From positions 4,030,001 to 4,094,000 of the forward strand of contig JBHGNT010000015.1 in the NCBI GenBank assembly GCA_043228905.1: a stretch of 64,000 bases of DNA. Direction: 5' to 3'. The position numbers were made by a program, and so were the translations under genes. Within the stretch, counting starts at the first letter, position 1. Each line of letters opens with the position of its first letter. The DNA comes from Azolla caroliniana. Lineage: Eukaryota > Plantae > Polypodiophyta. The notes beneath the pieces are model-generated. The model saw only the letters and a program-made list of their open reading frames with translations, was not told the DNA's origin and ran no database searches. Below, in pieces: positions 36,840-47,676 of the stretch.

Positions 36840-38035
36840 GGTAAATTATGACGAAAATATCGAGGAAATCTCGAAAAATGTCATTCGCCATATGTTGGAA
36901 AATTGTTGGTGCATTTGTGAGACCAAATGGCATCATTGTATACTCAAAATGGCCATAGCGAGTATGAAAAGCAGTCTTCCATTCATCCCCAGGACGAATT
37001 TGAACAAGATTGTAAGCACCTCGAAGATCTAACTTTGTGAAATACTTAGCTCCATTGAGGCGTTCCAGAAGGCTTGAAATCAATGGTAGAGCATATCGGT
37101 TTCGAATAGTTACTTTATTCAATCCTCGATAATCCACGACCAGACGAAGCGAACCATCTTTCTTCTTAACGAAAAATATGGGTGCGCCGGCACGAGATCT
37201 TGAATGCTGGATAAACCCATTTGCCAAGTTCTCATCGATATATTCCCGAAGAACCTCTAACTCCGTGGGTGAAAGGTTATAAATTGGCCCCCATGGAGGC
37301 TCTTTTCTGGGCTGCAAATCAATCGGGCAATCATATGGTCGATGCTCTGGTAGTCTATTGGCCTTCACCTTACCAAAAACATCGGAGAATTCTATATATT
37401 TCTTCGGTAGTTGGACCCCCGATTCTTGTGAGCTCGATGTGGGAGTTGTTAAAACTACGAACACCAACATGTCTTCCTTCAGTCCTTCCTCACGTAATTT
37501 ATGTATAGAGATTGTCGAAATCTTTTGGAATGTCATATCCTTTGTTGGAGTTTTAAGAGGCTCAGACTGTATTGTGACTTCTTCGATGCTTCTTTTTCTC
37601 CAATCAATAGTTGGGTTATGTAGCTCAAACCATGGAAGACCAAGAACTAGGGAGTGCTCTGGACTACTAATGATGTTGAATGAGATGACACTAGCCAAAT
37701 TGCCTAGGACTACATGAATTGGTTCAGACTCTTCAACTATATCACCTGATGTTATGGGGCATCCATCAATGACTCCGACTGACACTGGGCTTGGGAGCTT
37801 ATGCAACTGAATATTATGCATTACAGCAAACTCACGATCCATGAAACAAGAGTTGGCTCCAGAGTCTAAGAGGGCAGAAGTTGGGACTCGATGGCACCTA
37901 GATGTGTTAAGCTCAACTTGTGCAGAGAAAACTCGACTAACTTGACCGGATGAAATGGAACCAGAACTAGGGACGGATGTTACATGCCTAGGGCTGTCCA
38001 ACCAAATGGCTCCGATTTTGGCCGGACTTACTCGT

Positions 38036-39145
38036 TTAACACATCATCAATTGGCTCAAGACATCAAATGTATTTTTATGACAGGGACTACTAGGCCTAC
38101 TTAGGTTACGAGAAGGCAGGGCAGAAATTGAGATGGGATTGTCATGAGCACTTACTTGGTTAACTTGTCGTCGTGGTTTATGTGGACAATTCACAGCAAT
38201 ATGCCTTGGACCACCACAATAGAGGCATAGGTGATTCGCTCGCCGTCGTTGCTTTTCAGCATCCGATAATGGTCCTCGATGTCGTGTTGTCTCGATTTCC
38301 ATTGGAGTAGGGCCTTCCACCACACTTGACTTTGATACTTGGGGTGGAGTTGCAACCACTGAAGCATATGTTTCTGTTGGTTGAAAGCGTAACATTTGTT
38401 GGCGCTCAGAATGCCGCTCAAATAAGCGATTGTCACATCGCACGGCCCGCCTTACTGCTTCAGTAAGAGATTTTGGATCATCATGGAAGGTAAGAAGTAA
38501 ATCCTTCACATCATTGCGCAGACCTTGACGAAATTGGTCCATTAATGCCGCCTCGTCCCATGGAATATCACATGCTAGAAGGCGAAAATCTGCAGCATAA
38601 GCGGAAGTAGGACGATCTCCTTGTCGTAATCGCCGAATTTTGTTTATTGCAGTCCTCATACTATCAGTGTCTCCAAAGTTGGCTTGGAACTCATTAATAA
38701 ACCCTTCAAAATCTTCTAATAATGGTGAGTGCTTCTCTAGGAGTGGTGCAAACCACGCTAATGCGGTACCCGTTAACAAGATACCAACTAGACCCACACG
38801 AGCAACATCAGTTGGGTAACGGCTAGGATGCAATTTAATCACAAGCCGTACCTGATTTAAAAATCCACGAAATTGAGACCTTGTACCATCAAACTTGGCC
38901 GGCAGACTAATCTTGGGTTCCTTCGGCGAGGTTTGAACTTCCGCCGCTTGTCATTGCAATAGAGTAGTCTCCAATTGATGCACCCGTTAAGATAATTCTT
39001 CATATTGTTGTACTTTCTCAACACTTACTTGTTGTAGGTCTCCCAACAATCTTTGATTTTCATGCTCTAGTGCCACGAATTTGGTTGTTAGCATTTCGAG
39101 CGTGGAGAGAACACGCATATATTCTTGCTTGCTGACGGACTCCAT
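38036..39145 (-). pseudogene. chromovirus B gag
   Basis: Homologous to 46487-47644 (CLYCGGPRHIAVNC knuckle); stops in the 5' part. Confidence 0.88.
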
Positions 39146-39238
39146 AGTTGCGATAGAAAATTGCTAGATTTGGTTGAATAAGGTTAAGATAAGAAGAAGA
39201 AGTTAGAGAAGAAGAATAGAGATAGATTCGGTTCAAAC

Positions 39239-39798
39239 TGTCATGACTTGAGAATAGGAGAGAGAAAAATAAGATGACAATAGAAAGTAGAGGGAGAGAG
39301 AGAGAGAAAGAACACTAGAAATGGAAAGAGAGTTTATATTATAAGAGAGCAAGGATTACAAAGAGTAGGCTAAGGGGCTACAAACTGGTGTTGAACCCAA
39401 TGAGTTGTGATGAATGAATGGAGTATTCTAGAATGTTCTAGATTATTTTAGATATTTATGATATTTAATATAATCATGGAATATCCTAGAATGTTCTAGA
39501 ATACTCTAGATTGTTCTAGAATACTCTAGATTGTTCTAGAATACTCTAGATTGTTCTAGAATACTCTAGAATGTTCTAGAATACTCTAAATCTCTTGTAA
39601 TAACTAATAATACATTTATTATAATTATACATCATATATGTTAGTATAATGGTTAAAGGTCTAACATATAGACCAAGACTTCTTGGGCTCGAATCCTTTT
39701 AAGGCCAAAATGTATGTCCTCATGACAAGGTCTAACATATAGACCAAGACGTCTTGGGCTCGAATCCTTATAAGGCCAAAATGTATGTCGTCATGACA
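39239..39798 (-). repeat. chromovirus B 5' LTR
   Basis: TGTCATGAC termini; differs from the 3' LTR by several indels. Confidence 0.9.
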
Positions 39799-40602
39799 TT
39801 TTGAGGCTTTCCGTTCAAAATTTTCGTGCAAATATTGTTCACTAATAGAAACATTTTACTCTGAAACCAATGTTCACCGACCATGGGGTTCGAATCCATG
39901 CCCAGAAGGTTAAGAGCCTTGCGGTCTACCATCTTAGCTAGGCCGGATCTATGTATTGTTCACTAAGGTGAATTTATTGGGGATGGGCAAAACGTTTTAC
40001 TTTCAGAATAGGAGTAAGTGCCATGCACACCATCGTTTAATTTAGTGTGCGACTCATTACAACTCGAAGTATTTTCACAGGTATAGAGATTTGTGAATAT
40101 TTAGTTAGAGGCTATTCCGATCTTCCATCGAAGGTACGTCGCCGCTTCATAGCTACGACGAAGGACTTCTATTCATCTAAAGGTAACTGAGAATTTTGCT
40201 CTCAAAAGAATATTAAGCGGCTTTCGTATGACCATATGAGCTGGAGGCTGTGGTCAAGTACATTCATGTATCTTTTGTTGATTGATACAAAAATAACAAA
40301 TTTTTGCTGACGATTGGGCTTGAGCCCATGACCACAAGGCTTAGCGCGTTTTGATGTACCGTAATTCTAACTCGGCTAGACGCGGTCTTTAGTTATCTCA
40401 ACCCCAGAACAATTGCGATCTTCGATCGATGCTAAGGCACCTTCTCTAATTGTGATGATGCACTTGGATTCATCAAGACTTAACTCATCATTTGGTTCTA
40501 ACAAGAATATTAACACCCTCGTGGACAACCATATGATCTGAGGCATGCCAGCTCGGACAACCATACGGTAAACCTAACCCGGCTCGACGAGCTCTTTACA
40601 TA
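39799..40602 (-). repeat. tRNA-Lys satellite, block 3
   Basis: Continues block 2 in register across chromovirus B; tRNA copy at 39875. Confidence 0.93.
39875..39947 (-). pseudogene. tRNA-Lys(CUU) degenerate copy
   Basis: Several substitutions. Confidence 0.7.
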
Positions 40603-41772
40603 GCATGCCGTTTTAGTTTTCCCGTGATGAAGTCCTTTTTGTGTGCTATGGGGTGCGAGGATTTCCACGGGAGGTACATATAGGCATTCAGAGGTTTTTG
40701 GTGGCATGCGGTGTCGAGGATGCCCAATTCTTTAAAGTATGGGCCTTTGAAGAAGACGACGTCCAAGATGGTGATCTCTTTAGGGGAGGTTGTTGATTCA
40801 ATATGGATGTGTTGTTGTAGAGGCATGCCGTATTGGTGTAATAAGGTGTGAAGCGTATAGGGGGGAGCCTTCCGAAACTCCTCTGGTGTCATCGATGTAG
40901 CGTTTGTATTAGAGTAGTTGCGGTGTTAGGAAAGCTAGGTTGTCGTCCTCTAGTTGTGAAAGAAACAAGCAAGCATAAACAATGGCAAAATTACTACCCA
41001 TTGTGGTGCCTTTAATTTGTAACCAAAAAGCATTATTAAAGGAGAGAAAATTATTTTGAAGTATAAGTTCGGCGACACTCATAATGATTTTGGTTTTGTT
41101 TGGTGGGAAATGATGTGAGATAGATTTTTTTAAAACCAATAGACCTTCCGTGGTAGGTATACTGGGATATAGTGACACTATGTCAAAAGAAAACAATGTG
41201 CAAGTTTTGGGGAAGGTGTGGTGTGCTAGGTCCTTAACAAGTGTTAAGGATTCTTTGAGGTGTTGTTATTTAGACAATAAGACAGGATGTAGTAGATGGT
41301 GTAGCCAGTTAGAGGCTCTTTCAAAAACATAATTGTTGTAGGTACAGATAGGGCGTCCTACAATAGTGGGCTTGTGGATTTTGGGGATGATGTAGAAACG
41401 ACATATCCTAAAACCATGTTTGGGTTACTAAAGGAGGAATCTAATTTCCTCCTTGGAGAGGTGGGGGGAAGCTTTCAGACAGAGGTGTTCAAGTCGGCTG
41501 TGGAGAGTTGCTAGGGGGACGTCTTCGACGGGGGTATAAGTGTTTTTGGCGTTGAGCTGTCTAAGGCATTCGTTAAGTTACCACTCCTTAGAGAGAATGC
41601 ACATGCCTAGATTTTTATCCACGGGTTTAATAACTATGCCTTGATTTTTTTTGAGATTATGTAATGCAATTCTAAAGTTCCTATGAGGGCGAGGTTGGAT
41701 GGTGAGTGGGGAGGGGAGGGCAGCGGTGATAAATGTGATGGTTTGTGTGATTTCTGGCATGGCTAGGGGATT
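40603..41772 (-). mobile_element. Penelope-like element reverse transcriptase fragment
   Basis: IKPVDKNLG, FYIIPKIHKPTIVGRP, SFDIVSLYPSIP, QIKGTTMGSNFA, YKRYIDD (~40888-40908), HQKPLNAYMYLPWKSSHP; stops and frameshifts. Confidence 0.85.
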
Positions 41773-42944
41773 CCACACCACCATTCAATTTAGTGTTCGA
41801 CAAATTACAACTCAAACTATTTTCATGGGTATAGAGATTTGTGAATATTTAGTTTCAGGCGATTCCGATCTTCCATCGAAGGTACGTTGCCGCTTCATAT
41901 CTCCGACAAAGCACTTCTATTCATCTAAAGGTAATTGATAATTTTGCTCTGAAAAGAATATTAAGCGGCTTTCCTATAACCATATGAGCTCGATGTTTTG
42001 GTCAAGTAAATTCATGTATCTTTCGTTGATTGATACAAAAATAACAAATACTTGCTGACAATTGGGCTCGAGCCCATGACCACAAGGCTTAGCGTGTTTT
42101 CCTGTACTGTAAATCTAACTCGGCTAAACGCGCTCTTTACCTATCTCAACCCTAGAACAATTGCGATCTTTCGTCGATGCTAAGGCGCCTTCTCTCATTG
42201 TGAGGACGCACTTAGAGTCATCTAGAATTGACTCATCAGTTTGTTCTAACAAGAATATTAACACCCTCGCGGACAACCATATGATCTAAAACTTGTCGTG
42301 TAGGAGTTTCTTGCAGATATTGTTCACTAATATAAACAATAACATTTTACTTCGAGACCAATGATCGCCGACCATGGGGCGCAAACCCATGACCACAAGG
42401 TTAAGAGCCTTACGCTCTCCCATCTGAGGTAGGCCAGCTCCATGTTCTTTTTACTAAGGTTATTTACTAGGAGTGGAGGATACGTTTTACTTTCACAATA
42501 GGAGTAAGTGACCTTCACACCACCGTTGAATTTAGTGTGCAACTCATTACAACTCGAATTATTTTCACGGGTATAGGGATTTGTCAGTATTTAGTTAGAG
42601 GCTATTCCGATCTTCCATCGAAGGTACGTCGTCGTTTTCTAGCTTGAACAAAGCACTTCTATTCATCTAAAGGTAATTGATAATTTTGCTCTGAAAAGAA
42701 TATTAAGCGGCTTTCATAGGACCATATGAGCTCGAGGTTTTGGTCAAGTACATTCCTGTATCTTTGGTTGCTTGCTACAAAAATAACAATTGGTTGTTGA
42801 CCATAGGGCTCGAGTCCATGAACAAGGCTTAGCGCATTTTCCTCTACCGTAAACCTAACCCAAGAATAACTGCGATCTTCCGTCAATGCTAAGGTGCTTT
42901 CTCTCAGAGTAATCATGCACTTGGACTCATCATTTTGTTCTAAC
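41773..42944 (-). repeat. tRNA-Lys satellite, block 4
   Basis: Same monomer; tRNA copy at 42366. Confidence 0.93.
42366..42437 (-). pseudogene. tRNA-Lys(CUU) degenerate copy
   Basis: A and B boxes mutated. Confidence 0.65.
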
Positions 42945-43540
42945 TGTTGGGAGTATGTCCCTCCAATGGGAGGATGACCCGACTATTCTGAAAGCCGACA
43001 GTCGAAGAGTCGGAAAACAGGAGCCGAGTTGATGAGAAACCGGAATCGTGTAAATAGCCAACTCGGGAGACTATATTTGTAAATAATCTTAGTGTGCGCC
43101 CAATGAGGGCTACGTATGTAAATAACCAGAAAGTTGCGTCAGTATATATGCAACAAGGGAAAACATTTAGTGTTGAGATGTAGGAACAGAACTAGTCGAA
43201 AACTTTGTGCAGAAGGTGTAGAGCGTGAGAGAGAGAAAGACAGAGAGATAGAGAGTGTGTGTGAGAGCCGCGCCATAGCTGTGTGTGTAACAACAGATGT
43301 GAAGAGCCCGGTGTGGCTGATACACTCGATAGAGTGTTGTAATCATCTCTATTTTGTATATCCATTGTCTATAGTGAAGATTTTGTTCTCCCGTGGTTTT
43401 TCCCGTTTCAGGGTTTCCACGTAAATCTCTGTGTACATCTGTCATTTATGTTGTCTTTGTTATTTCTGGCATTTTTGTGTGATTTGTATTTCAACATATT
43501 ATTTGTCTATGGTAATTTATTCCGCAACGATTTCTCAACA
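42945..43540 (+). repeat. copia-4 5' LTR
   Basis: TGTTG..CAACA. Confidence 0.93.
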
Positions 43541-43568
43541 AACTGGTATTAGAGCTTGAGGTGCAAGC

Positions 43569-45989
43569 ATGGAAGGAGGTGTTAGCGGTTTCCCAAGTAT
43601 GATAGTTCTAAACTCTCAGAACTATGTAGACTAGAAGATAAAGATGGAAGACCTTCTCATAGTTAAAGACTTGTACATGCCAGTCGACAGAGCAGAAATA
43701 CCCAGGGGGGTATTGGAGTCAGACTGGAAGCTTTTGAATAGGAAGGCGGCGGCCACAATCCGACAATGTGTCGATGTAAGTGTCCTTCAGCATGTGGTGA
43801 ACGACACGAATGCCCATGAGATGTGGTAGAAGCTGTCGGGTCTATATGAGAGGAAGAATGCGCTAAACAGAACCTCGCTAATGATAAAAATCGTACGGCT
43901 GAAATACAGAGACAGTGAGAGCATCGTCGAACACATCAACACATTCATGGGGTATGTGAATCAACTTGCAGCGACCAAGTTTCCCCTGGATAACACAATG
44001 CAGGTCATTCTGTTGATGTGCACACTGTCGAAAAGCTGGGAGAACCTAGTGGTTACTCTCAGCACCTCCTGTCAAGAAGAGAACATGTCTTTACAAATGG
44101 TGAAGACAAGCATCCTAAACGAGGAGGCAAGGAGGAAAGACAAAGGAGTCCTGTCCCAAACAGAGTCGAATCTGACTCAACATATGGACAGAGGAAGGGA
44201 CCGGCGAAGAAGAAGTCCGCAGCGAACAGACAAATCCCACGCCAGATCGAAGTCCAGAGGTAAGGTTGTGTGCTTCTATTGCAGAAAACCTGGACACTTC
44301 CAAAAGGACTGTCGACACATGAGAAAAGACAAGAGTGTCGGAAATAATGTCGAACCCTGGAAAATTCCGGATGAAAAGAACAGTTCAGCCATTGCTACAA
44401 GCAATGAAGAACTCCTGTTCATTTGTGAACAGACGAGTGCAAATCTTGCGAGTGAAGATAGCACGTGGGTGATCAACTCCGGCACATCCTTTCACATTAC
44501 TCCGTCGAGAGAGTATTTCTCGACTTACATAATCGAGGATCATGGCTATCTAAAGATGGGTGATAGTGGAGAGTGCAAGATAATCGGAGTCGGAAGTGTG
44601 TGCTTAATGACGTCGACAGGGTGTCGACTAACGTTGAAGGATGTTCGACGCGTCCCCAATATCAGATTGAATCTGATATCGACCGGAAAGCTTGATGACG
44701 AAGGCTATAGTGGTAGCTTTCGGAATGGCAAGTGGAAGTTCTGCCGAGGAAATCTTATAGTGGCCCAAGCACAGAAAGAAGGCACAGTGTACATGATGCA
44801 TGCCCGACTGTGCAAATCGGAAGTAAACGTGGCAACCGACTCGGTAGGGGAGATATGGCATAAGAGGCTACGCCACATGAGTGAGAAGGGAATGCACTTG
44901 TTAGCTGACCAGAAACTTCTACCAAAAGTCAAGGGAGTACACTTGGAGAAGTGTGTCGACTGCTTAGCCGGAAAGCAGAATAGGGCGGCATTCCACCCGA
45001 GACCACCAAGGAGAAGAGAAGTTGCACTGGAACTAGTACACACGGATGTGTGCTATGTGGATGCTCCATCGCATCGAGGAGGATAGTACTTTGTAACGTT
45101 TATTGACGACTATAGTTGGAAGACATGGGCCTTCGTACTGAAGTCGAAGAATCAAGTACTTTCGGTTTTCAAGGAGTTCCAGGCAAGAACCGAAAGAGAG
45201 TCGGGTCGGAAACTGAAGGTTGTCCGAACCGACAACGGTAGCGAGTATAAAGGGCAGTTCGAATAATACAACAAGTGCCAAGGTATTCGGATCAAATACA
45301 CAATGCCAAAGACCCCAGAATTGAACGGGCTTGCAGAGAGGATGAATCGAACGATCATGGAGAGAGTAAGGAGCATGCTCTCTCATGCGAAACTATTGAA
45401 ATCCTATTGGGCTGAGGCGTTGTACACAGCTGTTTATCTGATCAACAGGTCTCCCTTAGTGCCATTAAAGGGTGATGTCCCATAGAGGGTGTGGATAGGG
45501 AAGGATGTCTCCTCCCAACACCTCAAGGTATTTGGATGTTTGGCATATACAGCAAGTAGAAAGCATGCATATTCATGGGATACTCGGAAGATGAGTTGGG
45601 TTACAGGCTATGGGACTTAGTCGACAAGAAGGTAGTGAGAAGTCGAGATGTAGTCTTTTTAGAAGACAAGACAATTGAAGACTGGAAGCAACAGAAGTCA
45701 AAACCGACTCCCCAGTCAACCTCGATTACCATCGACTTAAGGCCAAGTGAGTTGTCACCGATAGCTGTAAGGAGATAGCTGGCCGACAGAGCCGAATCCG
45801 AGTCCGTCGACTCGGAAAGACCGACAGACTATGAGTCGGAGTCGGCAGATGTACTAAAATCAATTAAGGAATATGAGTTGGAGTTGTCGAACCTAGAGAT
45901 GCCGATTGAGGAGCAGAACCCCGAGCAAAGAGAAGAGTTGGCAGAGACATCAGAAATAGAGCCAACATCGAGTGGACAAAGGTACCCAT
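43569..45989 (+). pseudogene. copia-4 gag-protease-integrase
   Basis: ORF fragments 43644-45778 with many stops. Confidence 0.9.
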
Positions 45990-46416
45990 TGTCATGAGAT
46001 GGCAAGACTCGAACCCATGACCTTATGGTATATGGGTCGAGCTCTTAACCATCTCACCATCTATTGTAATTCATAGAATATTATTTTCATTTATGTTTTA
46101 TTATAAGAAAGTAATGTATATTCCAGATTTGTCTGGAACATTCTAGAAGCTTCAGGATTATTCCTGAGAACACTATAAAAGAAGGCACTAAGCATTATGT
46201 TGAACCAAATTGGTTCAACACCAGTCTTAAGCCTCTTAGCCGATTTGTACTTATCTTTCATATAATATAAGAGCTGTTGTCATCATTCTATTTCTCTCTC
46301 TCTCCTCTTCTCACTTCCTCTCTCTCGGGAATCTTACGCAGTCCTGTCTTCATAGTACTAATAGTACTACTCTTCTTAGTACTAATTCCATCTCTGCTTT
46401 AGTACTATTCCTGACA
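45990..46416 (+). repeat. chromovirus C 5' LTR
   Basis: TGTCA..TGACA. Confidence 0.96.
46136..46180 (+). promoter_or_regulatory. Heat-shock element plus TATA box in the chromovirus C LTR
   Basis: GAAcaTTCtaGAAgcTTC (46136-46153), TATAAAA 46174-46180. Confidence 0.65.
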
Positions 46417-46486
46417 GTTTGAACCAATTTTTTCTCTCTAGCCTACTTGTCACTCTCCCTCATCCTCCTACCCTTTTCCCTATACT

Positions 46487-47644
46487 ATGGCTACTGTTAG
46501 CGCCCAAGAATACCAATCCGTTTTCTCCGAGCTACAGTACCTAAAAGAAAAGTTTGTTGCCCTGGAACAAGAAAACCAACGGCTGATAGGGGATCTGCAA
46601 CAAATCGCTCTAGAAAAACAACAAACGCAACAACAACATGGGGAGTTAGCGTTACGGGTACAACAACTCGAAGCAGTGTTGCAACAACAAGGATCCAGTC
46701 CCCAAGGATTTCATAAAGAGCCCAAGATTGGACTTCCTGTGAAATTTGATGGAACGCGTTCGCAATTCCGGGGATTCCTTAATCAGGTACGCTTAGTCAT
46801 CCAGATGCATCCTTCCCGATATCCCACTGATGCATCTCGAGTCGGCCTAATAGGCACGCTACTTAGCGGCTCAGCCTTGGCATGGTTTGCTCCGCTTCTA
46901 GAAAAACAATCACCCTTACTTAATAACTTTGAAGATTTTATTGGTGAGTTTAAAGCCTGCTTTGGAGACACCGACAGCATCAGGACGGCGATCAACAAGA
47001 TCCGGCGATTGCGTCAAGGCGATCGTCCAGCCTCTGCCTACGCGGCGGATTTCCGCCTACTTGCTTCAGATATACCCTGGGATGATCAAGCACTAATGGA
47101 GCAGTTTCGCTATGGCTTGCGAAACGATGTCAAAGATCTACTTCTAACTTTCCCCGAAGAACCAAAGTCTCTTACGGAGGCAATCAGTCGAGCAGTTCGA
47201 TGTGACAACCGCCTTTTTGAACGGCGTTCAGAACGTCAATTACAGATACCACGCTCTAGGCCAGAGCCCACCTACGCCGCAGTCGCGGCTAAACCGTTTG
47301 CACGAGACACACCTCAAGCAAATACTTCGACACCGATGGAGATTGATACCATGCGTCGACGCGGCCCGTTATCGGAAGAAGAAAAGCAACGACGACGTGC
47401 CAATCGATTATGTCTTTATTGCGGTGGACCAGGACATATCGCCATCAATTGTCCCCATAGGCCAAGAAGACAGGTAAATCAAATCGTCGCCTGTACTAAA
47501 CCCGAGTCAATTCTTCCCTTTGGAGTGTCTGATAGTATTAATAGTACTAATAGAGTGTCAGATAGTATTCATAGTACTAATAGCCCAAGTATCTCAAATA
47601 AATTTGAAATTCTTAGTCAATTAGATGAAGAGTTAAACGATTGA
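46487..47644 (+). CDS. chromovirus C Gag
   Basis: 385-aa ORF; coiled-coil N-terminus, capsid-like region, CLYCGGPGHIAINC knuckle. Confidence 0.93.
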   Translation: MATVSAQEYQSVFSELQYLKEKFVALEQENQRLIGDLQQIALEKQQTQQQHGELALRVQQLEAVLQQQGSSPQGFHKEPKIGLPVKFDGTRSQFRGFLNQVRLVIQMHPSRYPTDASRVGLIGTLLSGSALAWFAPLLEKQSPLLNNFEDFIGEFKACFGDTDSIRTAINKIRRLRQGDRPASAYAADFRLLASDIPWDDQALMEQFRYGLRNDVKDLLLTFPEEPKSLTEAISRAVRCDNRLFERRSERQLQIPRSRPEPTYAAVAAKPFARDTPQANTSTPMEIDTMRRRGPLSEEEKQRRRANRLCLYCGGPGHIAINCPHRPRRQVNQIVACTKPESILPFGVSDSINSTNRVSDSIHSTNSPSISNKFEILSQLDEELND

Positions 47645-47676
47645 GTCCAGCCAAAATAGGAGCCATTTGGTTGGAC
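47632..47676 (+). other. Putative -1 ribosomal frameshift signal
   Basis: G_TTA_AAC, 6-nt spacer, stem GTCCAGCCAAA/TTTGGTTGGAC; conserved in chromovirus B. Confidence 0.65.

Larger units (their letters stand above)
28786..38031 (-). pseudogene. chromovirus B pol (protease, RT, RNase H, integrase, chromodomain), split by copia-3
   Basis: ORFs 36835-38001 (LLDSGA, KLDLRGAY), 30160-31092, 29437-30114, 28786-29433 (YLVDWLGY). Confidence 0.9.
28267..39798 (-). mobile_element. Chromovirus B (Ty3/gypsy with chromodomain), full length, degenerate, interrupted by copia-3
   Basis: LTRs 28267-28793 and 39239-39798, TSD ATTTG/TTTTG (1 mismatch), PPT at 28794-28807. Confidence 0.93.
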
